A stretch of DNA of 64,000 nt from Eubacteriales bacterium (GCA_045632305.1 JAZQWL010000010.1:67399-131398); one strand, 5' to 3'; counted from the stretch's first letter, positions 27,760-38,186 are shown. Numbers and translations are program-made. The notes: generated by a model not told the origin, from the letters alone.

Positions 27760-28320
27760 TTAATCGAGTTTATTGTTCTTTATAACGTTTTCAGCTATTC
27801 TGACGAGGCGTTCCTTGAGCCAGAGGGGTTCGATGATTTTTGCGTCGGATTTAAGGGTTATAAATGCGCCGAGGAATTGCTCGATGTTGTGGAACTCACA
27901 AACGTAGCGATTTCTTGTCTCTTTTGAGATGATAAAGCCCTTGAAGGAAAGTACGGAGAGCTTATCGGGGATCTCAACGGTTGCTGTATAGGGGATCTGC
28001 ATCTGTATGTACATGTTTTCCGCCGCCATTTCTGCGCCGATGATATTGTCGGCGAGCTCGGAGAGGGATTCGTCGTTGTCGGATGAAACCACGAAGGGAA
28101 GGGAATATTGCTCTGTGTAATAGAAGCCCTTGTGCTCCGCGCTGTATTCGATAGGCGCGCCGAGCTTGTTCTTGAGATAATCAACGTCTCTCTGCGCCTG
28201 GCGGTGAGAAATGTTGAATCTCTCGGAAAGACGCATAGCGTTGGGGTAGTACATATTTAATATCTTCTTGTGAAGCCACTGTATTCTTGTTCCTTGAGGT
28301 GTTCCCTGAGGTGTTCTCAT
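27760..28320 (-). CDS. HTH transcriptional regulator (YafY/DeoR-type N-terminal HTH, C-terminal effector-like domain)
   Basis: 186 aa with YPNAMRLSERFNISHRQAQRDVDYLKNKLGAPIEYSAEHKGFYY, typical of HTH_11-type regulators. Confidence 0.55.
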   Translation of the reverse strand: MRTPQGTPQGTRIQWLHKKILNMYYPNAMRLSERFNISHRQAQRDVDYLKNKLGAPIEYSAEHKGFYYTEQYSLPFVVSSDNDESLSELADNIIGAEMAAENMYIQMQIPYTATVEIPDKLSVLSFKGFIISKETRNRYVCEFHNIEQFLGAFITLKSDAKIIEPLWLKERLVRIAENVIKNNKLD

Positions 28321-28358
28321 AACTTTTTTCTTCCTTTATATTATATATAGTGTTGAAA

Positions 28359-29150
28359 TCAGGATTCGAGGAGATTTGACGCGGAGCAGCTTGCCATGGC
28401 GGAGAACAGGATCGCGCTTGAAATGTTCAAAAGCGTAGGTGTCTGATTGTACATTATCTCAAACATTTTTGAAACTCCGGCGCAAAGTGTCAGAGTGGTG
28501 CAGATGCCCGATGCGGCGATTATTAATTTCTTTTTAGGGGCGGGCGTGTAAGCTCGAAGCTCTGTGACGTAATAAAGAGCGAACGTAGCGCATCCGAATT
28601 CGAACAGAAGCTTGTATGGGGAGTTGAGCGTCTGACTGTGGTCGAAATATGAGGCGGTTGCGATGAGTATCGGGGTTAAAACCGCGCATATACCCGTAAA
28701 AATTTTCAAACTGTCACCGGCATTTCTTGAAAATGCTACGATGATAAAATGAGCAACCGATATAGCTGCGAAGACTATGAGAAGCGCGCACATGGGCACG
28801 GAGAGGTAGGCGGGTCTTTTTGTAAGCGCAAAGCTTACAAGGTAGAATAAGAATGCTACCGCCATGATGATTGCCATAACGCGTCTGTCTCCCTTGGCGT
28901 TTGCGCCATCTTTTTCACTGTGAGTGATGGCGGCTGCAATGGCAATTGCGATCGCGATAACTATCGAAGCGTAAAAAATATAGGTCAGAGGTGCTGCGCG
29001 GAAGTATCCGATATCTCTGTCGAAGCTATATCTGTACGCAACGGCGCAAAGGATCGCACATATCAATGCCCAGATGGGCAGGATAAATTTGAGCTTGTTG
29101 TGTATTTTGCATTTTGACATAAAAGTCAATCCTTTTCTTGTTATCTTCAT
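28359..29150 (-). CDS. Hypothetical integral membrane protein
   Basis: 263 aa with about 7 hydrophobic helices. No family recognised. The start is uncertain (alternative Met 10 codons downstream). Confidence 0.5.
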   Translation of the reverse strand: MKITRKGLTFMSKCKIHNKLKFILPIWALICAILCAVAYRYSFDRDIGYFRAAPLTYIFYASIVIAIAIAIAAAITHSEKDGANAKGDRRVMAIIMAVAFLFYLVSFALTKRPAYLSVPMCALLIVFAAISVAHFIIVAFSRNAGDSLKIFTGICAVLTPILIATASYFDHSQTLNSPYKLLFEFGCATFALYYVTELRAYTPAPKKKLIIAASGICTTLTLCAGVSKMFEIMYNQTPTLLNISSAILFSAMASCSASNLLES

Positions 29151-29388
29151 TATTATATATTATATTATACAATTGTGAATAAATATAAAACAAAATCAAA
29201 AATATTGAGAAAATTACGGAAAATTTTGCATTTTCAACAAAATTGACTAACAACGTTTACGGGACGGGCGGGCTTTGGAGGTGAAAAACGCCACATTTGC
29301 GTTGAAAAAACGGTGTTTTTGTGCAAGATATACAAGAATATCGATTAAAAACACAGAAAAATTCTACAAATACGAGCTAACGTATGTA

Positions 29389-29417
29389 TTGACAAACACC
29401 AAAAAATAGTGTATAAT
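29389..29417 (+). promoter_or_regulatory. Consensus sigma-A promoter of the S10 operon
   Basis: TTGACA (29389-29394), 17 nt, TATAAT (29412-29417), about 330 nt upstream of rpsJ. Confidence 0.65.
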
Positions 29418-29750
29418 AGTGGAGCTTGATATGCGTTGAAGCGAGAGGTTGCTTCACCCGGGACGCTGGGAGAAGGTAATTTTCGCAGAGTATGTCCGTA
29501 TGAATCGGGCGACAAAGCCTTTCATACACACACCTTGCAACATGCGGCATAGTGGTGCATTGTGTTCTAACCTATCTTGTTATAACTATGGATTTTTGTT
29601 CGTTTATGCTGAAGCGTGCAAAGTCCGTATTTTAATGTTGAGGGAAAGAAACACACGGCACGGTGTACGAAAGAACGCCACTTTTACAGCACACGCAAAG
29701 CTTCATTTATTATATACGCGTGTGTGAAGATTTGAAAGGAGGCACAACTT

Positions 29751-30062
29751 ATGGCAGTTAAGGAGAAGATCAGAGTTCGTCTTAAGAGCTACGACCACAC
29801 TCTCATCGACACAGCAGCAGAAAAGATCGTTACCGTTGTTAAGGCAAATGGTTCCGAGGTATCCGGTCCTATTCCGCTTCCTACCGAGAGAGAAATCGTT
29901 ACTATTCTTCGTGCAGTTCACAAGTACAAGGACAGCAGAGAACAGTTTGAAATGAGAACTCATAAGAGACTCATCGACATCATTAAGCCCAATCAGAAAA
30001 CGATTGACGCGCTTATGAACGTTGAACTTCCCGCAGGTGTTGAAATCGAGGTTAAGCTCTGA
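29751..30062 (+). CDS. rpsJ: 30S ribosomal protein S10
   Basis: 103 aa: [13 protein letters not shown]. Confidence 0.97.
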   Translation: MAVKEKIRVRLKSYDHTLIDTAAEKIVTVVKANGSEVSGPIPLPTEREIVTILRAVHKYKDSREQFEMRTHKRLIDIIKPNQKTIDALMNVELPAGVEIEVKL

Positions 30063-30179
30063 TAGAACACCGCAAGCAAAGATAACAGCCGGTGGGACAA
30101 GCCCATGACGGTAACTTTGTAAATCATGTTGAACGGAGAATTCCGTATCAACCAATAATTTACAGGAGGAAAAGAAAAA

Positions 30180-30809
30180 ATGAAAAAGGGTATTATCGGT
30201 AAGAAGATCGGTATGACTCAGATCTTCGATGAAAAGGGTAACGTAATCCCTGTAACACTCATCGAAGCAGGTCCCTGTGTAGTAGCACAGAAGAAGACCA
30301 CCGAAAACGACGGTTATGACGCCGTTCAGCTCGGTTTCGTTGATGCAAAGGAAAAGCACATCACAAAAGCTGAAAAAGGTCATTTCGAAAAGGCAGGCGT
30401 TTCTTTCAAGAGACACCTCAAGGAATTCCGTCTTGATGACTGCTCCGCGTATAACGTTGGTGACGTTATAACAGCCGATACCTTCGCTGCAGGCGAAAAG
30501 GTCGACATCACAGGTTTAACAAAGGGCCGCGGATATACAGGTTGCGTTAAGAGATGGGGTCATCACATTCTCCGTATGACACACGGTACAGGTCCTATTC
30601 ACCGTCAGCCCGGTTCTATGGGTACAATCGACCCTGCACACATCTTCAAGAACAAGAAGATGCCCGGTCAGTACGGTAACGAACAGGTTACAATTTTGAA
30701 CCTTAAGGTTGTAAAGATCGACAGCGAAAAGAACCTCATCGCAGTTAAGGGTGCTATCCCCGGTGCGAAGAACGGTATCGTATTCGTTCGCGATTCTATT
30801 AAAGCATAA
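30180..30809 (+). CDS. rplC: 50S ribosomal protein L3
   Basis: 209 aa: [26 protein letters not shown]. Confidence 0.97.
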   Translation: MKKGIIGKKIGMTQIFDEKGNVIPVTLIEAGPCVVAQKKTTENDGYDAVQLGFVDAKEKHITKAEKGHFEKAGVSFKRHLKEFRLDDCSAYNVGDVITADTFAAGEKVDITGLTKGRGYTGCVKRWGHHILRMTHGTGPIHRQPGSMGTIDPAHIFKNKKMPGQYGNEQVTILNLKVVKIDSEKNLIAVKGAIPGAKNGIVFVRDSIKA

Positions 30810-30828
30810 TGGAAGGAGGAATTGAATA

Positions 30829-31455
30829 ATGGCTACAGTTAAAGTTTACAATATGGCCGGCGCAGAAGTTGGCACTATGGAACTCTCCAATGTTCTTTTT
30901 GGAGCAGAAAAGGTTAATGAAGCAGTCCTCCACGCAGCGGTTAGAGCATACTTGCTCAACCAGAGACAGGGTACACAGTCCACTCTTACTCGTTCCGAAG
31001 TATCCGGTGGCGGTAAGAAGCCCTGGAGACAGAAGGGTACAGGTAGAGCTCGTCAGGGTTCAACACGTTCTCCTCAGTGGACACACGGTGGTATCGCTCT
31101 CGGTCCTAAGCCCAGAAGCTACCGCACAGGTATGAACAAGAAGACAAAGAAGCTTGCTCTTATCTCCGCTCTTACAGATAAGGTTAACAACGGTAAGCTC
31201 ATCGTTGTTGATGACATCAAGCTCGACACATACGCAACAAAGGTTATGGTTGCTATGTTCAAGGCGCTCAACATCACAAAGAAGCCCCTCGTTGTTCTTC
31301 CTACAGTTGACAACTTCGTAGTTAAGAGCTGCGCTAACATTCCTGGCGCAAAGACATGCCTCTACAACACAATCAACGTTTATGACATTATCAATGCAGA
31401 CACAATGGTTGTTACCGTAGCAGCAGTTAAGATGCTTGAGGAGGTATATGCATAA
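30829..31455 (+). CDS. rplD: 50S ribosomal protein L4
   Basis: 208 aa with the GGGKKPWRQKGTGRARQGS motif. Confidence 0.97.
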   Translation: MATVKVYNMAGAEVGTMELSNVLFGAEKVNEAVLHAAVRAYLLNQRQGTQSTLTRSEVSGGGKKPWRQKGTGRARQGSTRSPQWTHGGIALGPKPRSYRTGMNKKTKKLALISALTDKVNNGKLIVVDDIKLDTYATKVMVAMFKALNITKKPLVVLPTVDNFVVKSCANIPGAKTCLYNTINVYDIINADTMVVTVAAVKMLEEVYA

Positions 31456-31751
31456 TGAGAATGCTTGAAGATGTTATTATTAAGCCCGTTATTTCCGAAG
31501 CAAGCATGGACTTGATCGGTCAGAACAAGTACGTATTCAAGGTAGCTAAGGATGCAGACAAGTTCGAGATCGCAGCAGCGGTTGAGAAGATGTTCCCCGG
31601 CACAGTAGTTGAATCCGTATACACAATCAACATGAAGAGAAAGCCTAAGAGATACGGTGTACACTTCGGTTATACATCCGCATGGAAGAAGGCAATCGTT
31701 ACACTTACTAAGGACTCTAAGACAATCGAGTTCTTCGAAGGCATGAACTAA
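31455..31751 (+). CDS. rplW: 50S ribosomal protein L23
   Basis: 98 aa. Assigned by position and the [12 protein letters not shown] motif. Confidence 0.95.
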   Translation: MRMLEDVIIKPVISEASMDLIGQNKYVFKVAKDADKFEIAAAVEKMFPGTVVESVYTINMKRKPKRYGVHFGYTSAWKKAIVTLTKDSKTIEFFEGMN

Positions 31752-31768
31752 TAGGGAGGTCGAAGAAA

Positions 31769-32605
31769 ATGGCTACAATTAAGTATAATCCTACGACACC
31801 CGCAAGAAGACACATGTCTGTTACTGATTACAAGCAGGTAATCACAAAGGATACTCCTGAAAAGAGTCTCGTTGTAACAAAGAAGAAGCATGCGGGTAGA
31901 AACAGCTACGGACGCATCACAGTTCGTCACAGAGGTGGCGGAAACAAGGTTAAGTACAGAATTATCGACTTCAAGCGTTTGAGCTTGGCTCCCGCTACAG
32001 TAGTTGCAATCGAGTACGACCCTAACAGAACAGCGTTCATTGCTCTCCTCGAGAATGCAGAAGGCGTTAAGAGCTATATCGTAGCTCCCGAAGGCCTCAA
32101 GGTTGGTGACGTAGTTCACACAGGCGCAGATGCAGACATCAAGCCCGGTAACTGCCTCCCCATCGCAAACATTCCCGTTGGTACATTCATCAACAATATC
32201 GAAATTTATCCCGGTAAGGGCGCTCAGCTCGTAAGAAGTGCCGGTGTTGCTGCACAGCTTATCTCTAAGGAAGCTAACGGCATGGCACAGGTAAGACTTC
32301 CCTCCGGTGAAGTTCGTTTCATCAGACTTGACTGCAAGGCAGTTATCGGTCAGGTGGGCAATATCGACCACGACACAGTTAAGGTTGGTAAGGCCGGTAA
32401 GACAAGACACAAGGGCATTCGTCCTACAGTACGTGGTTCCGTAATGAACCCCTGCGATCACCCCCACGGTGGTGGTGAAGGTAGATCTCCCATCGGTCAT
32501 CCCAATCCTATGACTCCTTGGGGTAAGCCCGCTCTCGGTCTTAAGACAAGAAACAAGAAGGCACGCACAAACAAGTTTATTGTTAAGCGTAGAAATGCTA
32601 AGTAA
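31769..32605 (+). CDS. rplB: 50S ribosomal protein L2
   Basis: 278 aa with [16 protein letters not shown] and [13 protein letters not shown]. Confidence 0.97.
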   Translation: MATIKYNPTTPARRHMSVTDYKQVITKDTPEKSLVVTKKKHAGRNSYGRITVRHRGGGNKVKYRIIDFKRLSLAPATVVAIEYDPNRTAFIALLENAEGVKSYIVAPEGLKVGDVVHTGADADIKPGNCLPIANIPVGTFINNIEIYPGKGAQLVRSAGVAAQLISKEANGMAQVRLPSGEVRFIRLDCKAVIGQVGNIDHDTVKVGKAGKTRHKGIRPTVRGSVMNPCDHPHGGGEGRSPIGHPNPMTPWGKPALGLKTRNKKARTNKFIVKRRNAK

Positions 32606-32618
32606 GGAGGGAATATAA

Positions 32619-32900
32619 ATGAGCAGAAGTTTAAAGAAGGCGCTTTTTGTAGAAGAAAAGCTCTACACAAGAGTTTGCGCTATGAACGAAAAGAACGAGA
32701 AGAAAGTTCTCAAGACATGGTCTCGTGCATCTACAATATTCCCTGAATTTGTAGGTCACACAATCGCAGTTTACGACGGAAGAAAGCACATTCCGGTTTA
32801 CGTAACTGAAGATATGATCGGCCACAAGCTTGGTGAGTTTGCACCCACAAGAACATTCAAGGGTCATGCGGGCTCCAAGACATCCAACAACGGTAAGTAA
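32619..32900 (+). CDS. rpsS: 30S ribosomal protein S19
   Basis: 93 aa: MSRSLKK...[33 protein letters not shown]. Confidence 0.97.
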   Translation: MSRSLKKALFVEEKLYTRVCAMNEKNEKKVLKTWSRASTIFPEFVGHTIAVYDGRKHIPVYVTEDMIGHKLGEFAPTRTFKGHAGSKTSNNGK

Positions 32901-32921
32901 TACGAAGGGAGATAATTGATA

Positions 32922-33257
32922 ATGGAAGCAAGAGCATATCTTAAGTATGCGAGAATTTCCCCTCGTAAGGTAAAGATCGTTCTCGACCTCATCAGAGGTA
33001 AGGACGCAGGTATGGCAATGGCAATCCTTAAGAACACAAACAAGGGTGCGTCTGAATACCTTATCAAATTGTTGGGAAGTGCAATCGCAAACGCAGAACA
33101 CAACTTTAACATGGATTCTTCCAAGCTCTACGTATCCGAGTGTTTCGTAACTCCCGGTCCTACGCTCAAGAGAATTATGCCCAGAGCGAAGGGTAGCGCA
33201 GACAGAATCCTTAAGAGAACAAGCCACGTAACAATCGTGGTAAAAGAAAGAATCTGA
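32922..33257 (+). CDS. rplV: 50S ribosomal protein L22
   Basis: [17 protein letters not shown]. The track start is TTG 32916. ATG 32922 has better spacing from the GAAGGGAG RBS. Confidence 0.95.
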   Translation: MEARAYLKYARISPRKVKIVLDLIRGKDAGMAMAILKNTNKGASEYLIKLLGSAIANAEHNFNMDSSKLYVSECFVTPGPTLKRIMPRAKGSADRILKRTSHVTIVVKERI

Positions 33258-33273
33258 GAGAGGAGCAAGAGTA

Positions 33274-34062
33274 ATGGGTCAGAAGGTTAATCCCCACGGT
33301 CTTAGAGTGGGCGTTATAAAGAACTGGGATTCAAGATGGTTCGCTAAGGACGAAGTTTTCGGCGACACTCTTGTATCCGACTACAATATCAGAAAGTATT
33401 TGAAGAATGAGCTCAAGGATGCTGGTATCCCCAAGATCGAAATCGAAAGAGACAGCAGAAGAGTTAGAGTATTCATTCACTGCGCAAAGCCCGGTATGGT
33501 TATCGGTAAGGGCGGCGTAGAAATCGAAAAGTACAAGGCACAGCTTGAAAAGATGGTTAAGATGCCTGTTTCCCTCAACGTTGTTGAGGTTAGACAGCCC
33601 GACCTCAATGCACAGCTCGTAGCAGAGAACATCTGCGCACAGCTCGAAAAGAGAGTTTCTTTCCGTCGTGCAATGAAGATGGCTATCAGAAACACAATGC
33701 GTCTTGGCGCAAAGGGTATTAAGATTTGCTGCAGCGGTCGTCTCGGCGGCGCAGAAATCGCAAGAAGCGAAACATACCACGAAGGTACAATCCCGCTTCA
33801 GACACTCAGAGCTGACATTGAGTACGGCTTCGCAGAGGCAGACACAACATACGGTAAGATCGGTGTTAAGACATGGATCTACCGCGGTGAGGTTCTCAAC
33901 GAAGTAAACCGTCCTGCACGTAACGGTGAGCGCCGCGATAACCGCAGAGGTAACGGCGAGCGTCGTGACAACAACCGCAGAGGTGGTAACAACAACCGTC
34001 AGGGTCGTGAAAACAGAGCTCCCAGAGCTGAAAGAACACAGAGAGACGGAGGTGCTAAATAA
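33274..34062 (+). CDS. rpsC: 30S ribosomal protein S3 with Arg/Asn/Gly-rich C-terminal extension
   Basis: [13 protein letters not shown], a KH domain, and a ~50-aa tail [37 protein letters not shown]. Confidence 0.96.
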   Translation: MGQKVNPHGLRVGVIKNWDSRWFAKDEVFGDTLVSDYNIRKYLKNELKDAGIPKIEIERDSRRVRVFIHCAKPGMVIGKGGVEIEKYKAQLEKMVKMPVSLNVVEVRQPDLNAQLVAENICAQLEKRVSFRRAMKMAIRNTMRLGAKGIKICCSGRLGGAEIARSETYHEGTIPLQTLRADIEYGFAEADTTYGKIGVKTWIYRGEVLNEVNRPARNGERRDNRRGNGERRDNNRRGGNNNRQGRENRAPRAERTQRDGGAK

Positions 34063-34484
34063 TGTTAATGCCTAAGAGAGTAAAGTTCCGTCGCGTACAG
34101 CGCGGAAGACTTAAGGGTAAGGCAATGAGAGGCAACACCATTACAAATGGTCAGTTCGGTCTCGTAGCACTTGAACCCGCTTGGATTACAAGCAATCAGA
34201 TCGAAGCAGCCCGTATCGCTATGACACGTTACATCAAGCGTGGCGGTACGGTTTGGATCAAGATATTCCCCGACAAGCCCATCACAGAAAAGGCCGCTGA
34301 AACTCGAATGGGTTCCGGTAAGGGTTCACGCGAATACTGGGTAGCTGTTGTTAAGCCCGGTCGTGTAATGTTTGAAATGAACGGCGTTTCTGAGGAAGTT
34401 GCTCGTGAAGCTATGCGTCTTGCTAGCCACAAGCTTCCTATCAAGACAAAGTTCATGGTAAGAGAAGAAAGTAAGGAGGCATAA
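34062..34484 (+). CDS. rplP: 50S ribosomal protein L16
   Basis: [19 protein letters not shown]. Confidence 0.97.
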   Translation: MLMPKRVKFRRVQRGRLKGKAMRGNTITNGQFGLVALEPAWITSNQIEAARIAMTRYIKRGGTVWIKIFPDKPITEKAAETRMGSGKGSREYWVAVVKPGRVMFEMNGVSEEVAREAMRLASHKLPIKTKFMVREESKEA

Positions 34485-34488
34485 GCTC

Positions 34489-34677
34489 GTGAAGGTTACA
34501 GATATCAGAAATATGACAGCTGAAGAACTCAACGCTAAGCTCGCTGAGCTTAAGAAAGAGCTTTTCAACCTCCGTTTCCAGCACGCAGTAAATCAGCTCG
34601 AAAATCCTCACAAGATCACAGAGGTTAAGAGAGACATTGCTCGCGTAATGACAGTTCTTAACGAGAAGAACGCATAA
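34489..34677 (+). CDS. rpmC: 50S ribosomal protein L29
   Basis: 62 aa, GTG start: [21 protein letters not shown]. Confidence 0.93.
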   Translation: MKVTDIRNMTAEELNAKLAELKKELFNLRFQHAVNQLENPHKITEVKRDIARVMTVLNEKNA

Positions 34678-34689
34678 GGAGGGACAGTC

Positions 34690-34953
34690 ATGACAGAACA
34701 GAGAGATACACTCAGAAAAGTAAGAGTTGGCATGGTTGTCAGCGACAAGATGGACAAGACAGTTGTAATCGCTATCGAAGACAACGTTAAGCATCCCGTT
34801 TACGGTAAGATCATCAAGCACACTCTTAAAGTTCACGCTCACGATGAGAACAATGAATGTGGCATCGGTGACACAGTAAAGATTATGGAAACAAGACCTC
34901 TTTCCAAGACAAAGAGATGGAGAGTTGTTGAAGTAATCGAAAAGGCAAAGTAA
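34690..34953 (+). CDS. rpsQ: 30S ribosomal protein S17
   Basis: 87 aa: [17 protein letters not shown]...[27 protein letters not shown]. Confidence 0.96.
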   Translation: MTEQRDTLRKVRVGMVVSDKMDKTVVIAIEDNVKHPVYGKIIKHTLKVHAHDENNECGIGDTVKIMETRPLSKTKRWRVVEVIEKAK

Positions 34954-35030
34954 TTTGTCTTAAAAATAAGAAATAAGAATTCGAATAGTAGGTACGTCGA
35001 AGCGTACTCGAAACAGTAGGAGGAAAAAAC

Positions 35031-35399
35031 ATGATTCAGCAGCAGTCAAGAATGAAAGTTGCCGACAATACCGGTGCTAAGGAATTGATGTGCATTCGTG
35101 TTCTCGGTGGTACAGGCCGCAGATACGGAAACATCGGTGATATCGTGGTTTGCTCTGTAAAGAAGGCAATCCCCGGCGGTATGGTTAAGAAGGGCGACGT
35201 TGTTAAAGCTGTAATCGTAAGAAGCGCACACGGTGCAAAGCGTGCAGACGGTTCTTACATCAAGTTCGATGAGAACGCAGCAGTAATTATTAGAGAAGAT
35301 AAGACACCCAGAGGAACACGTATTTTTGGTCCTGTGGCAAGAGAGCTCAGAGAAAAGGACTTCCTTAAGATCCTTTCCCTCGCTCCCGAAGTACTTTAA
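35031..35399 (+). CDS. rplN: 50S ribosomal protein L14
   Basis: [27 protein letters not shown]. Confidence 0.97.
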   Translation: MIQQQSRMKVADNTGAKELMCIRVLGGTGRRYGNIGDIVVCSVKKAIPGGMVKKGDVVKAVIVRSAHGAKRADGSYIKFDENAAVIIREDKTPRGTRIFGPVARELREKDFLKILSLAPEVL

Positions 35400-35415
35400 T
35401 TGGAGGTAACGAAAA

Positions 35416-35730
35416 ATGGCACAGCTTCATATTAAGACAGGCGATACCGTTGTAGTTCTCTCCGGTAGCTCCAAGGGCGTAAAGGGCGAAGTACTCGCTG
35501 TATCCCCCAAGGAAGGAAAAGTAATCGTTAAGGGCGCTAACATGATCAAGAAGCACGTTAAGGCACGCCGTCAGGGCGACGTTTCCGGCATCATCGATGC
35601 TGAAGGCGCTATGTATGCTTCTAAGGTTGCTCTTTTCTGCCCCAAGTGCAACAAGGGCGTTAGAACACATGTCGTTGTAGATGGCGACAAGAAGATCCGT
35701 ACATGCAAGTGCGGTCACAAGTTTGACTAA
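35416..35730 (+). CDS. rplX: 50S ribosomal protein L24
   Basis: 104 aa: [17 protein letters not shown], with a C-terminal Cys pair region (CPKC...CKCG). Confidence 0.95.
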   Translation: MAQLHIKTGDTVVVLSGSSKGVKGEVLAVSPKEGKVIVKGANMIKKHVKARRQGDVSGIIDAEGAMYASKVALFCPKCNKGVRTHVVVDGDKKIRTCKCGHKFD

Positions 35731-35744
35731 GGAGGGAAATGACA

Positions 35745-36284
35745 ATGGCAAGACTTAATACAATGTATAAGGCCGAGGTTGCTCCCGCCCTTATGAAGAA
35801 GTACGCTTACAAGAGCGTAATGCAGATCCCCAAGTTCGATAAGATCGTTATCAACATTGGCGCAGGTGATGCAAAGGATAACTCCAAGGTAATTGATTCT
35901 ATCATCAAGGACCTTACAACAATTTCCGGTCAGAAGGCAGTTCCCACATACGCTAAGAAGTCCGTTGCGAACTTCAAGCTTCGTGAAGGAATGAAGATCG
36001 GCGCGAAGGTAACACTCCGCGGTGAAAAGATGTACGAATTCATGGACAGACTCTTCAACTTTGCTCTTCCCAGAGTTCGTGACTTCAAGGGTATCAATCC
36101 CAACGCTTTCGATGGTCGCGGTAACTACTCCCTCGGTCTCAAGGAACAGCTTATTTTCCCTGAAATCGAATACGATAAGGTAGACAAGATTCGCGGTATG
36201 GATATCTGCTTTGTAACAACAGCGCAGACAGACGACGAAGCAAGAGAGCTCCTCACACTTATGGGCGCTCCCTTCGCTAAATAA
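35745..36284 (+). CDS. rplE: 50S ribosomal protein L5
   Basis: [23 protein letters not shown] 35745 is 8 nt after the GGAGGG RBS. The track ATG 35739 is too close to the RBS. Confidence 0.95.
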   Translation: MARLNTMYKAEVAPALMKKYAYKSVMQIPKFDKIVINIGAGDAKDNSKVIDSIIKDLTTISGQKAVPTYAKKSVANFKLREGMKIGAKVTLRGEKMYEFMDRLFNFALPRVRDFKGINPNAFDGRGNYSLGLKEQLIFPEIEYDKVDKIRGMDICFVTTAQTDDEARELLTLMGAPFAK

Positions 36285-36298
36285 TCGGAGGTAGAGAA

Positions 36299-36484
36299 AT
36301 GGCTAAGACAGCGATGATACTCAAGCAGCAGAAGCCCCAGAAGTACTCCACAAGAGAGTACAACAGATGCAAGATCTGCGGTCGTCCCCACTCTTACATG
36401 CGTAAGTATGGTATCTGCCGTATTTGCTTCAGAAACCTTGCATACAAGGGCGAAATTCCCGGCGTAAAGAAAGCAAGCTGGTAA
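36299..36484 (+). CDS. rpsN: 30S ribosomal protein S14 type Z (zinc-binding)
   Basis: 61 aa with [22 protein letters not shown]. Confidence 0.95.
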   Translation: MAKTAMILKQQKPQKYSTREYNRCKICGRPHSYMRKYGICRICFRNLAYKGEIPGVKKASW

Positions 36485-36695
36485 TTAAAAGATTTTTATT
36501 CGCAAAGCGAATGAAATAAAACGGTTCGGAGTCGGAGATATGCGGCGCATGCCGCTGCCTCTCTGGCTTGCGAATACCCCCACTACCGAAAGGAAGTTAA
36601 TCGGAAAGTTGATTATCCGTTGGACTTAACCGTCGGTACGCCGCCGATATTCGGCAGCAAGAAAATATTTTAACTTGCATCAGGAGGAAAGAAAA
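36485..36695 (+). other. Unusually long, hairpin-rich rpsN-rpsH spacer (candidate structured RNA / regulatory insert)
   Basis: The spacer is 210 nt where other gaps in the cluster are 0-117 nt. It contains TTCGC-aaa-GCGAA, GCGGC-gcat-GCCGC and GCCGA-tat-TCGGC mini-hairpins, plus possible long-range pairs GCGGCG/CGCCGC and GCTGCC/GGCAGC. Confidence 0.4.
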
Positions 36696-37091
36696 ATGCA
36701 AATGTCCGATGTTATTGCAGATATGCTCACAAGAATCAGAAATGCTAGCAACGCTAAGCATGCTACTGTTGACATTCCTGCATCCAACATGAAGAAGTCC
36801 ATCGCAGATATCCTTGTTGAAGAAGGTTATATCAAGAGCTACGAAGTAGTTGAAGATGGCAAGCAGGGTACAATCAGAGTTACTCTCAAGTACCTTGGTA
36901 AGACAAAGGTTATTAGAGGTCTCAAGCGCGTATCCAAGCCCGGTCTTAGAATTTACGTTGGTTATGAAAACATGCCCAAGGTAATGAACGGTCTCGGTAT
37001 CGCAATCGTTTCCACATCTAAGGGTATCATGACAGACAAGAAGGCTCGCGCACTTAAGGTTGGCGGCGAAGTTCTCGCGTTTGTTTGGTAA
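36696..37091 (+). CDS. rpsH: 30S ribosomal protein S8
   Basis: [20 protein letters not shown] 36696 follows a CAGGAGGAAAG RBS. The track start is 36675. Confidence 0.96.
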   Translation: MQMSDVIADMLTRIRNASNAKHATVDIPASNMKKSIADILVEEGYIKSYEVVEDGKQGTIRVTLKYLGKTKVIRGLKRVSKPGLRIYVGYENMPKVMNGLGIAIVSTSKGIMTDKKARALKVGGEVLAFVW

Positions 37092-37111
37092 TTGATAGGA
37101 GGTATACTAAT

Positions 37112-37732
37112 ATGTCAAGAATTGGTAGAATGCCTGTCGTAATTCCTGCAGGTGTAACAGTAACACTTAACGGTAACACACTTACTGCTAAGGGCCCCAA
37201 GGGCACACTCACTGAGTCCTTTAGTGAAAGAATGACAATCACAGTTGAAGGCAACCAGATCCTCGTAACACGTCCTACAGACGACAAGGAAGACAGAAGC
37301 GTACACGGTCTCACACGTGCTCTTATTCAGAACATGATCACAGGTGTATCCGTTGGCTATCAGAAGATCCTTATGATCATGGGCGTTGGTTACAAGGCAG
37401 TTAAGGTTGGTAAGGACCTTCAGCTTTTCCTCGGTTACTCCCTTGTTCCTACAAGCGGACTTCCCCAGGATAAGTACATCATCAGCGACACTGATGAAGT
37501 AAAGCTTTCAGTTCCTAACGAAGCTGAAATTAAGGCACTTGGAATTGACAAGATGACAACTGAAAAGATCAATGGCGGTCTTATCATCATCGTAAGCGGT
37601 GCTGACAAGCAGGCAGTTGGTCAGATGGCAGCTGTTATCAGAAGCAAGCGTCCCCCCGAACCCTACCACGGTAAGGGTATTCGCTACATCGACGAATACG
37701 TTCGTCGTAAAGCCGGTAAGACTGGTAAATAA
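37112..37732 (+). CDS. rplF: 50S ribosomal protein L6 (with ~25-30 aa internal insertion)
   Basis: MSRIGRMPVVIPAGVTVTL...RPPEPYHGKGIRY. It is 206 aa versus about 178 aa typical. The track start 37085 overlaps rpsH. Confidence 0.95.
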   Translation: MSRIGRMPVVIPAGVTVTLNGNTLTAKGPKGTLTESFSERMTITVEGNQILVTRPTDDKEDRSVHGLTRALIQNMITGVSVGYQKILMIMGVGYKAVKVGKDLQLFLGYSLVPTSGLPQDKYIISDTDEVKLSVPNEAEIKALGIDKMTTEKINGGLIIIVSGADKQAVGQMAAVIRSKRPPEPYHGKGIRYIDEYVRRKAGKTGK

Positions 37733-37750
37733 TGAAAGGAGTGGAGTAAA

Positions 37751-38110
37751 ATGGTATCAAGAAAAGACAGCAATAAGGCTCGCCTTAAGAGACATAAGAG
37801 AGTCAGAGCAAAGATTTCCGGTACTGCAGCTCGTCCCCGTCTTTGCGTATATCGCTCTAATGCGAATATTTCCGCGCAGATCATTGACGACGTAGCAGGC
37901 AAGACATTGGTTTCCGCTTCTACTTACGGCGCTTCCTTCGAGGGCAACGGTGGTAACAAGGCCGCAGCTCGCGAGGTTGGTAAGGCACTTGCGGAAAAGG
38001 CAGTTGCAATGGGCATCACAGAAGTCGTTTTCGACAGAGGCGGCTATGTATATCACGGACGTGTATCGGAATTGGCTGACGGCGCTCGCGAGGGCGGCTT
38101 GAAGTTCTAA
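37751..38110 (+). CDS. rplR: 50S ribosomal protein L18
   Basis: 119 aa: [39 protein letters not shown]. Confidence 0.96.
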   Translation: MVSRKDSNKARLKRHKRVRAKISGTAARPRLCVYRSNANISAQIIDDVAGKTLVSASTYGASFEGNGGNKAAAREVGKALAEKAVAMGITEVVFDRGGYVYHGRVSELADGAREGGLKF

Positions 38111-38186
38111 TCCATTTCGGATTAGTAACCGGTTTGTACACTGTTCAAACACATTTATTTGAACATTTTTCAGGAGGAAACCAGAA

